This document shows positions 1 through 7,413 of a stretch of DNA of 25,108 bases, piece after piece. Below the pieces are notes generated by a model that worked only from the letters and a program-made list of their open reading frames with translations, was not told where the DNA came from and did not search any database. Position 1 is the stretch's first letter, and the number at the start of each line of letters is the position of its first letter. A program made the position numbers and the translations under genes. Origin of the DNA: a virus (lineage: Duplodnaviria; Caudoviricetes); the IMG/VR virus record IMGVR_UViG_3300022178_000067, positions 1 through 25,108 of that record. One strand, written 5' to 3'.

Positions 1-16
1 GAGTATAAGTTGGTGG

Positions 17-252
17 GGGGGTAACCTTTAAAGGTAAGTACTTTAAGTATGATACTTAGATTTAGTTATTAACTAAAGGGGAACCTTTAAGGGTATACTT
101 AAAGTAAGATACTTAGATTAATTAATAAACTTAAGTAGAACCTTTAAAGGTATTCTTTGTAGTAGTAACCTTTAAGTATCTTATATAGGAGAGATGAATT
201 TAAATTCAAGGGGCACCCTCAATATAATTTATCTTAGTCTTTGTAGTAGTAA
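17..252. repeat. AT-rich array of imperfect tandem repeats and palindromes, probably next to the genome terminus
   Basis: ACCTTTAAAGGT palindrome at 24-35 and 140-151, with variants at 83-94 and 168-176. Two units of about 58 bp (about 23-81 and 82-138) share GATACTTAGATT (51-62, 108-119). Further palindromes: TTTAGTTATTAACTAAA 61-77 and TGAATTTAAATTCA 195-208. Direct repeat TCTTTGTAGTAGTAA at 154-168 and 238-252. Confidence 0.85.
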
Positions 253-257
253 GCTAC

Positions 258-287
258 TTGACTCTCTTCTAGCCTTCATGCTATACT
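258..287 (+). promoter_or_regulatory. sigma70-type promoter for the morphogenesis arm
   Basis: TTGACT (258-263), 18-nt spacer, TATACT (282-287), with extended -10 TG at 279-280. Lies 38 nt upstream of the first ORF. Confidence 0.7.
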
Positions 288-325
288 TCCAGTTATGACT
301 AGAGAACTAACATTGAGTAGGAACC

Positions 326-859
326 ATGATGCTCTTCGGAACTGAGTACACTAAGACGATCAAGGGTGTAGTGAGAACTAAATCTTTGTTCTATGAACTT
401 AGCTACGATAACTTGCAGCATGTGATCTTTACACTCAAAGACGAAGATGTTGAGCATAACGGTAGAACCTATATGTCTCTGGCTAAGCTCTACCGTAACC
501 TGGTTCCACAAGATCCTACTGAGTACACTTTCGGTATGACTATCTTTGGTAACTGGCATGTCTGGGAAGTTCTAAGAGAAGCTCCTCAGTTGAAACCTTA
601 CATCGCAAGATGGCGTAGAGAAGCTGAAGTCAAGATTAAGTCTGAAGCTATTTCAGCTATTGCAACTGAGATGAAGGAGGGTGGCCGTAGTTCCTTTACA
701 GCAGCCAAGCTTCTCCTTGAGAGAGGTTGGATTGAGAAGGAAGCAGCCTCTAAGTCTAAGATGAAGTTGCAAGAGAAAGAAGAGCAGGACATGGACCGTG
801 AGGCCATGAAGCTCTTAGGTGAAGAGGCTGAACGTCTCGGCTTAAACAAGTTAAACTAA
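326..859 (+). CDS. conserved phage protein, probable terminase small subunit
   Basis: 177 aa helical protein with a charged coiled-coil C-terminus. AGGA lies upstream (start may be ATG 329). First gene of the arm, and no other TerS candidate is in the window. Function is inferred. Confidence 0.45.
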   Translation: MMLFGTEYTKTIKGVVRTKSLFYELSYDNLQHVIFTLKDEDVEHNGRTYMSLAKLYRNLVPQDPTEYTFGMTIFGNWHVWEVLREAPQLKPYIARWRREAEVKIKSEAISAIATEMKEGGRSSFTAAKLLLERGWIEKEAASKSKMKLQEKEEQDMDREAMKLLGEEAERLGLNKLN

Positions 860-895
860 GCACTACAATCCACCACTGGTAAAGGATTATATACT

Positions 896-1960
896 ATGGC
901 AAAGAAGCCAGACATTACAACTATTGCTTCAGGCTATTACAGTCGTCAGGCACTAAACAATAACTTTGAAGAATTACAAGATGCCTTTGATAACACACTA
1001 AGCCTTGATGGTTCGACCCCGAATGCTATGAAGGCGGACCTAGACCTTAACGGTAACGACATCCTTAATGCCGCAAGACTACATACAGACACACTAACTC
1101 TGGCTGGTTTTCTTATTGGTACTGACAGCTTACGTGCCGCAGGTGCTAGCCTATACACTGACGAGTACACTGGCGATGGTACAACCACAACCTATATTCT
1201 GACATACGATCCGTACATTAAACAAAACACCCAAGTCTATATTGATGGTGTGTACCAGAATAAGTCTGGGTACGTACTTTCAGGCAGAAGCTTGACGTTC
1301 TCTCAGGCACCTCCTGATAACTCCGAAATTGAAGTCAACATAGCTCGGTCTCTAGACTTTATCAATGGTGATGGTAATGTTATTGATGTGGGTCCTGTTG
1401 GTCCTACTGGCCCTCAAGGTCCTCAAGGACCCACAGGTCCTACTGGTCCTACAGGGGCTACAGGTCCTACTGGTCCTGAAGGTCCTACTGGTCCTCAAGG
1501 TCCTGAGGGTGAGGGTCTTACAGGTCCTGTTGGCCCTCAAGGTCTTACAGGTCCTACTGGTCCTGTTGGTCCTCAAGGTCCTCAAGGACCCGCAGGTCTT
1601 ACAGGTGCTACTGGCCCTGAAGGTCCTATAGGTCTTACAGGTCCTGAAGGTCCTATTGGCCCTACTGGTCTTACTGGTCCTATAGGTCCTGAAGGTCCTA
1701 TTGGTCCTGAAGGTCCTGTTGGCCCTGAGGGCGTTGCTTCTGTTGCTTTGTATTCTGACCAGTTTACTGGTGATGGCTCAAAAAGAGCCTACGGATTGAC
1801 CTACAATCCACTTCTTAAAGAGAATACACTAGCCTATATTGATGGTGTGTACCAGAACAAAGCTGGCTACAGCCTCTTAAACAAAAACCTGACGTTTTCT
1901 GAGGCCCCTCCCCTTAACTCGGACATTGAGGTAATAACATTTACTTCAGTTGTACCGTAG
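896..1960 (+). CDS. tail fibre / RBP adaptor with N-terminal virion anchor, two duplicated 62-aa beta domains and a central collagen triple helix
   Basis: The N-terminus [35 protein letters not shown] resembles podovirus fibre anchors. 38 Gly-X-Y triplets. Repeated GDG...VYIDGVYQ...Y...LTFS.APP...IEV domain. SD AAGGA. Confidence 0.8.
   Translation: MAKKPDITTIASGYYSRQALNNNFEELQDAFDNTLSLDGSTPNAMKADLDLNGNDILNAARLHTDTLTLAGFLIGTDSLRAAGASLYTDEYTGDGTTTTYILTYDPYIKQNTQVYIDGVYQNKSGYVLSGRSLTFSQAPPDNSEIEVNIARSLDFINGDGNVIDVGPVGPTGPQGPQGPTGPTGPTGATGPTGPEGPTGPQGPEGEGLTGPVGPQGLTGPTGPVGPQGPQGPAGLTGATGPEGPIGLTGPEGPIGPTGLTGPIGPEGPIGPEGPVGPEGVASVALYSDQFTGDGSKRAYGLTYNPLLKENTLAYIDGVYQNKAGYSLLNKNLTFSEAPPLNSDIEVITFTSVVP
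1391..1738 (+). repeat. collagen-like 9-bp coding repeat (GGT CCT NNN)n
   Basis: 13 Gly-X-Y triplets, one Gly-Glu interruption, then 25 triplets ([18 protein letters not shown]). Confidence 0.97.
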
Positions 1961-2014
1961 CAAATCTTATAAACAAATAAAGGGGCATAACACTATGCTG
2001 CGTAGGAGAAAGAG

Positions 2015-2518
2015 ATGACTATTAAACAACACGGCGGTGTCTTTGGTCGCAATCCAACATTCAACAATGTATCTGGAGAAAGTCTAACACTAGCTGACGG
2101 AACTGCTCTTTCTCGATATGAAGAGGGGACTTGGATTCCTGATCCTCAAGATAGTTCAGGTAACTCTGCCTCGGCTAGCAAGGCATTAGGCAACTATACC
2201 AGAATAGGTAACGTGGTTTTTGCAACAATTCTCTTGGAAAACATTGACACTACAGGATTAACTGCTGGTAATGACTTCCGTATCTATGGATTGCCTTTTA
2301 CGGCTGCTTCACTTCCTCAGTCTCAAATATTTACAGGTGATGCTCGTATGAATGACGTAACATTCTCAGGCAATCCCAACTTGGCGATCCTAGATGATAC
2401 AGACTTTATTCGCATTTCTGAAACAAGCTCTGGTTCTGCATCTGACTTTGTTGTTGTATCTGAAATAGCTTCAGGTACAGCCGATATTTACGGCACAATT
2501 ACTTATATGGCTACGTAA
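2015..2518 (+). CDS. short tail fibre / receptor-binding protein (YEEGTW-type domain)
   Basis: Motifs YEEGTWIP, GNYTRIGNVV and IYGLPF are typical of distal fibre domains of aquatic phages. Short N-terminal peptide MTIKQHGGVFGRNPTF. SD AGGAG. Confidence 0.7.
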   Translation: MTIKQHGGVFGRNPTFNNVSGESLTLADGTALSRYEEGTWIPDPQDSSGNSASASKALGNYTRIGNVVFATILLENIDTTGLTAGNDFRIYGLPFTAASLPQSQIFTGDARMNDVTFSGNPNLAILDDTDFIRISETSSGSASDFVVVSEIASGTADIYGTITYMAT

Positions 2519-2529
2519 AGGAAACTAGC

Positions 2530-4572
2530 ATGGCACTCACAAAAGCAAATAACAGGATGATTGATGGGGCCATGGTCAATGTCCTTGACTATGGTGCTGT
2601 AGCAGATGGCGTTGATACTGGATCAGCTTTTACTGGCACAGATAACACTGCTGCGTTTCAGGCTGCATTAAATGCGGCTGGTGCTGCTGGTTCTGTTCTT
2701 TATGTTCCTGCTGGTAAGTATCGGTTTGCTGCCAACACAACTAACAATACTTCCAATCTAACTTTGAATAATAGTATTCATATTATTGAGGGTTATGGGG
2801 CAGAGCTTCTGATTGATGATGACGCAGGTACACACTACAGCTTGTTGGATTTTATCCGTACACCAAACCTAGATAGCAGCACTAACCTTGATGACCGTGA
2901 GTTGTTGCAGATCAACGGTGTTACATTTCGTGGTCGTTGGTCACACAGCAATTACTATGCTGGATCGAACGTATTAACGGTTCAGAACTTTGCTCGTATT
3001 GAATTGAATGATGTTAAAGCATACGACATCCCAGCTAAGTTTTCTCGTAGTCGTTATAATGGCGCATTGGTGATCAGTGGCTTTGAGGGCAAACGAATTG
3101 CATCTGACTGTATTCGTTTTGTTGACACACCTAATGTAGAGATTACAAACATTAACTTGTTTGAGATTGATGATGACTGCATTGCACTTCCTGTTTCAAA
3201 TGCGGCACTATCAGATAGTCGTTCTCGTATTACAATTAGCAATGCCACAATCGAAAAGTGTGAAGGTATCTTGATCTTGGGTGCAAGGGTTGTAACCCTT
3301 AGCAACATTGCTATGCGACTTTGCATGGGTACTCAGATATATGTTGGCGGTAAAGTTGGCACGGAAGGTGTAGCTGCACCTCACAACCTTACACTGTCTA
3401 ACATTACAATTACTGATCCTCTTAATCGTGCGGATGGTGGTTCTATTGGGTCTGCCCCAACAGCAATGCTGACAAGCCTACCTGCTGCTATCGTAGTAGC
3501 TGGTTTGCAACCTACTGATGGGACAAGTGCTGTTAAGCCTGAGTATTATGATAGTGCTACTGGTGCTTTTGTGACGCCTTACCAACTCGACACATCAAGC
3601 AATCCAATCATGTATAATTACGGAACAGCTAACACCTTAACGGGTGGCTATAACGTAGTGATTGATGGTTGTACTGTAATGAGAACATTACCTGCTGTTA
3701 CTAATTATTCTGACTGGGGATTGGGTTTAGCTTTCAATCGTTATGGTCGATACGATCCAGCTGTTGCTTTGAGCAACTGGGCAGATAATGGTATCCAGCT
3801 AAACGGTAGCATTAAAAATGCTGTGGTTTCTGACTGCACAGTAATGGGTCTTACTGAGGGTGCTGGGGTCTACCTTAAAAGCCTTGCCGAAGATGCAGCA
3901 AGTCGCAACCGTGAGTTTGAAAACATCTTGATTGATGGTTGTTCTGTCCGTGACTGCAAGTACGGTGTTTCACATAGTGCGGATGCCGCAGGAAGTACAT
4001 TCACATGGAGTGTTGTTGTTCGAGATTGTTCCTTTGATCTTGACCCCTTCCACACAGCATCTTCACGGCGAGCAGCTGGTGGTTGGCAGACAGGCATTAG
4101 TGTTTCTGATAGGCCAATAGGTATTTACTTCAGGCAGTGTTACGGTTGGAGTATTCATGGCTGTTCTTTTGCTAACTCCTATGACAGCATCTTGGCAAAC
4201 TCAGATTACTTTGAGCAAGCAGATATAAAAGACAACATTCTTTTATGTGATCCAGTTGCGATTGGGTATAATAACAACAACTTAGGGATCGGTGATGTGC
4301 CTGCTGGTGGTGAAGCATTCAGGCATTATATAATTGATGGCGACCCAACATCTTCAACATACATGCAAATAACTACAATTCCTGTAGGGGAAGCAAACGC
4401 AATCCCTACGAGTGGGTCATATGTTAAAGGACACTTTGTTAAGAACACAAACCCAACAACAGGCAGTTCTAGAACAACTATTGGTTGGATGCGTCAAAGC
4501 ACAGGCACAGGCCATACCGTAGCAACGACAACGACTGCTGATTGGGCACCGTTAGTTATTCCAACATCTTAA
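2530..4572 (+). CDS. tailspike, pectate-lyase-superfamily parallel beta-helix (putative polysaccharide depolymerase)
   Basis: N-terminal cap NVLDYGAVADG...DNTAAFQAALNAA...LYVPAGKY. Repeated beta-helix rungs (I.ISN, V.I.GC, DDCI). C-terminal PTSGSYVKG..V.NTNP...GW motif common in tailspikes. SD AAGGA. Confidence 0.85.
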   Translation: MALTKANNRMIDGAMVNVLDYGAVADGVDTGSAFTGTDNTAAFQAALNAAGAAGSVLYVPAGKYRFAANTTNNTSNLTLNNSIHIIEGYGAELLIDDDAGTHYSLLDFIRTPNLDSSTNLDDRELLQINGVTFRGRWSHSNYYAGSNVLTVQNFARIELNDVKAYDIPAKFSRSRYNGALVISGFEGKRIASDCIRFVDTPNVEITNINLFEIDDDCIALPVSNAALSDSRSRITISNATIEKCEGILILGARVVTLSNIAMRLCMGTQIYVGGKVGTEGVAAPHNLTLSNITITDPLNRADGGSIGSAPTAMLTSLPAAIVVAGLQPTDGTSAVKPEYYDSATGAFVTPYQLDTSSNPIMYNYGTANTLTGGYNVVIDGCTVMRTLPAVTNYSDWGLGLAFNRYGRYDPAVALSNWADNGIQLNGSIKNAVVSDCTVMGLTEGAGVYLKSLAEDAASRNREFENILIDGCSVRDCKYGVSHSADAAGSTFTWSVVVRDCSFDLDPFHTASSRRAAGGWQTGISVSDRPIGIYFRQCYGWSIHGCSFANSYDSILANSDYFEQADIKDNILLCDPVAIGYNNNNLGIGDVPAGGEAFRHYIIDGDPTSSTYMQITTIPVGEANAIPTSGSYVKGHFVKNTNPTTGSSRTTIGWMRQSTGTGHTVATTTTADWAPLVIPTS

Positions 4573-4637
4573 TACCCTTAGAGGGTAAACAACTCTGAGT
4601 GAGTTCGCAATCTCACTATTAATCCAAGGAGATAAAA

Positions 4638-4943
4638 ATGGCTAACGTAACTGCTGACATTACAGCCCAGAATACTTTCACTGATAAACTTCAGGTAGTG
4701 GGTCACTTCAACTTGTCTATCTCAGGAACATGGGATGCTACAGTCACTGTACAACGTAGCTGGGATGGTACTAACTGGTTTGATGTAGACACATTCACCA
4801 GCAACTACGAGGGGGTAGGCTTCGATGCTGAAGAAGTCTTCTACCGTGCAGGTGTCAAGACTGGCGACTTCACCTCAGGTACTGTAGCACTGCGTATCTC
4901 AGACAACCGTGACTTCGGAGCTAAAGACGTCTTCGTACAATAA
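4638..4943 (+). CDS. small beta-rich phage protein, probably structural
   Basis: 101 aa with a strong SD (AAGGAG). Beta-strand pattern with a VQRS.DG..W motif reminiscent of small jelly-roll domains. Function not recognised. Confidence 0.6.
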   Translation: MANVTADITAQNTFTDKLQVVGHFNLSISGTWDATVTVQRSWDGTNWFDVDTFTSNYEGVGFDAEEVFYRAGVKTGDFTSGTVALRISDNRDFGAKDVFVQ

Positions 4944-4974
4944 AAATACTACTCTTGACTAACAAGGAAACACA

Positions 4975-5238
4975 ATGTCTGATGAACAACGTTTAGAAAG
5001 AATTGAAACTAAACTTGACCAGATGTCTGAGGCCATTGTGTCTCTTGCTCGTATGGAAGAAAGGATGATTACTTTGTTTAATCGAATGGATGCCTACGAT
5101 AAAAGACAGAATAGTATGGAAGAACGAGTAAGTATTGTTGAGAGTAATTCAGGAACTAACGGCCAGATGCTCAGGTTTGCTGAAAGGCTCTTCTGGATTG
5201 TAGCAGCTGGTATTGCAGCTATGTACTTTAAAGGATAA
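4975..5238 (+). CDS. membrane-anchored coiled-coil protein, putative holin/antiholin (XhlA-like architecture)
   Basis: Heptad coiled coil followed by a single C-terminal hydrophobic segment LFWIVAAGIAAMYF. Directly upstream of the endolysin. Confidence 0.55.
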   Translation: MSDEQRLERIETKLDQMSEAIVSLARMEERMITLFNRMDAYDKRQNSMEERVSIVESNSGTNGQMLRFAERLFWIVAAGIAAMYFKG

Positions 5239-5247
5239 CTTATAACA

Positions 5248-5781
5248 ATGCGTACAATCACAGAGATCTTCGTTCACTGCTCAGCTACAAAGCCTAACTG
5301 GATGGCAGCTAATAGTTGCAAGCAGAAGGTGGAGGAGATCGACAGGTGGCACAAAGGTAATGGCTGGTCCGGAGGCATCGGCTATCACTTTGTAGTTGAT
5401 CGCCAGGGTGACGTATGTGTAGGCAGACCAGTTGAGAAGGTTGGTGCTCACGTCAAGGGACACAACTCTAACAGCATTGGTATCTGTCTTGTAGGCGGCC
5501 ACGGTGGTGCAGCTACAGATAAGTTCGAAGATCATTTCACTGATATGCAAAGAAAAGCATTAGATAAACTTCTAAGTGACTTGACCAAAGAACACAAAGA
5601 TGCTAAAATACGTGGACACAATGAAGTAGCAGCTAAGGCTTGTCCATCGTTTACCGTAAAGGAATACTTAGATGGACGTGAAACCAAAGACGTACAAGAG
5701 GGAAGTAGCCTCTCTACTCCTAGTAGTTCTACTATCGTTGATCTGCTTGTGGGTGTTCTTCGGAAACTCCTTAGCAGGTGA
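5248..5781 (+). CDS. endolysin, N-acetylmuramoyl-L-alanine amidase (T7 gp3.5 / Amidase_2 family)
   Basis: Zn-ligand and catalytic motifs HCSAT, IGYHF, GAHVKGHN.NSIGICL.GG and GHNE...KACP. Confidence 0.95.
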   Translation: MRTITEIFVHCSATKPNWMAANSCKQKVEEIDRWHKGNGWSGGIGYHFVVDRQGDVCVGRPVEKVGAHVKGHNSNSIGICLVGGHGGAATDKFEDHFTDMQRKALDKLLSDLTKEHKDAKIRGHNEVAAKACPSFTVKEYLDGRETKDVQEGSSLSTPSSSTIVDLLVGVLRKLLSR

Positions 5782-5878
5782 AGCTGTAAAGGTTCTTAAC
5801 CTACCTATCTTTACATTTGCTGGTGCTGCCTTTGGCATGGACTCAGTAGTTAAACAATGGAATATCAGTAATAAATGA
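5672..5878 (+). CDS. putative holin (two hydrophobic segments)
   Basis: Basic N-terminus, TM VASLLLVVLLSLICLWVFF and second segment LPIFTFAGAAFGM. SD AAGGA at 5659-5663. Overlaps the amidase 3' end and is ATGA-coupled to the terminase. Confidence 0.65.
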   Translation: MDVKPKTYKREVASLLLVVLLSLICLWVFFGNSLAGEAVKVLNLPIFTFAGAAFGMDSVVKQWNISNK

Positions 5879-7413
5879 ATGTTACCTTAGATCAGATTAG
5901 GCTTGCAGCTGAGAGTGATCTAGCCACATTCATTAAGCTTATAGCACCTGAGCAGATACTAGGTCAAGCTCATGAGGACGTATGCTCTTGGTGGACTAGA
6001 CCTAACTCTAAGACACACCAGCTCCTGCTGTTCCCTCGTGACCACGGTAAGTCTAGACTTGTAGCTTATCGTGCAGCATGGGAGCTAACTAAAGATCCTA
6101 CACTGCGTATCCTCTACATCTCAGCTACAGCTAACCTTGCTGAGAAACAACTAGGCTTCATTAAGTCTATCCTTACCTCTGAGACATACCGCCGTTACTG
6201 GCCTGAGCATGTCAACAAAGAAGAAGGAAAGAGAACTAAGTGGACTAACTCAGAGATTATGTTAGACCACCCAGCCCGTAAGAAGGAGAACGTACGTGAC
6301 CCATCCATCTTTACTGGTGGCCTTACTACCTCCCTTACTGGTATGCACTGCGACATTGCTGTGCTTGATGACGTTGTTGTTTATGAGAATGCTTACACAA
6401 ATGAGGGCCGTGAGAAGGTTAAGAGCCAGTACTCACTCCTCTCCTCCATCGAAGGTGCCAACGCCAAGGAATGGATTGTAGGTACTCGTTATCACCCTTC
6501 TGACCTGTACAACGATCTGATGCAGATGACAGAGGATCAGTACGACAACGAAGGTAACAAGGTCTCAGAAGAACAGATCTACGAAGTGTTCGAGAGAGCA
6601 GTAGAGGATCGGGGTGATGGGACTGGTGAGTTCCTGTGGCCTCAGCAGCAACGTAAGGACGGTAAGTTCTTTGGCTTTACAATGCAGATCCTAGCTAAGA
6701 AACGTGGACAGTACTTAGACAAGTCTCAGTTTAGAGCACAGTACTACAACGATCCTAGTGACCCTGACAACGTACCAGTTGATCGTACTAAGTTCCAGTA
6801 CTACGAACGTAAGCATCTCACACAAGAGAATGGCTTCTGGTTCTACAAAGATCGTAAGCTTAATGTTGTAGCATCTATTGACTTTGCATTTAGTTTATCT
6901 AAGAAGGCCGACTACACAGCTATTGTTGTAGTAGGTGTAGACCACATGAATAACATCTACGTACTCGACATTGATCGTTTCCGTACTGACCGTATCTCAG
7001 AATACTTCGACCACATCTTTCAGCTGTCAGCTAAGTGGTCCTTCCGTAAGATGAGAGCAGAAGTTACAGTAGCTCAACAGGCTATCGTTAAGCAACTCAA
7101 AGAACTAATCAAGCAGCATGGCCTAGCTATCAGCATTGATGAGTACAGACCTAACAAACACCAAGGTAACAAAGAGGAACGAATTGCCTCTACCCTTGAG
7201 CCACGTTATGATAACCTTCAGATCTGGCACTATAGAGGTGGTAACATTCAGACTCTTGAAGAAGAGTTGTCAATGAGACACCCACCCCATGACGATATTA
7301 AAGATGCTCTTGCTTCAGCTATCGACATTGCAGTCAAACCTTCACAGCATGTCAGACGAACCAACAACACTAATATCGTATGGGCTAACAGTAGATTCCG
7401 AGGAGCAAGCTAA
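5875..7413 (+). CDS. terL: terminase large subunit
   Basis: Walker A LLFPRDHGKS, Walker B IAVLDD, coupling motif VGTRY, RNase H-fold nuclease acidic motifs SIDFA...DYT and HDDIKDA. Confidence 0.95.
   Translation: MNVTLDQIRLAAESDLATFIKLIAPEQILGQAHEDVCSWWTRPNSKTHQLLLFPRDHGKSRLVAYRAAWELTKDPTLRILYISATANLAEKQLGFIKSILTSETYRRYWPEHVNKEEGKRTKWTNSEIMLDHPARKKENVRDPSIFTGGLTTSLTGMHCDIAVLDDVVVYENAYTNEGREKVKSQYSLLSSIEGANAKEWIVGTRYHPSDLYNDLMQMTEDQYDNEGNKVSEEQIYEVFERAVEDRGDGTGEFLWPQQQRKDGKFFGFTMQILAKKRGQYLDKSQFRAQYYNDPSDPDNVPVDRTKFQYYERKHLTQENGFWFYKDRKLNVVASIDFAFSLSKKADYTAIVVVGVDHMNNIYVLDIDRFRTDRISEYFDHIFQLSAKWSFRKMRAEVTVAQQAIVKQLKELIKQHGLAISIDEYRPNKHQGNKEERIASTLEPRYDNLQIWHYRGGNIQTLEEELSMRHPPHDDIKDALASAIDIAVKPSQHVRRTNNTNIVWANSRFRGAS

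Noticed and set aside
17-180. Terminal repeats as a possible CRISPR mini-array
   Set aside because: The units are short and degenerate, the intervening sequences are themselves repeated rather than unique spacers, and there are no cas genes.
194-298. 34-codon ORF MNLNSRGTLNIIYLSLCSSKLLDSLLAFMLYFQL after AGGAG
   Set aside because: SD-to-ATG spacing is only 2 nt, and the ORF runs across the palindrome and promoter. Probably chance.
1352-1631. Hydrophobic (VLLVL) and Arg/Thr-repeat ORFs in alternative frames
   Set aside because: These are frame shadows of the GGT-CCT-NNN collagen repeat.
1151-1933. Duplicated domains as a diversity-generating retroelement TR/VR pair
   Set aside because: Differences are not adenine-specific, both copies are coding within one gene, and no reverse transcriptase is in the window.
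5672-5680. ATG-GAC-GTG as a lambda S-like holin dual start
   Set aside because: The extra residue is acidic rather than basic, and the GTG has no suitably spaced SD.
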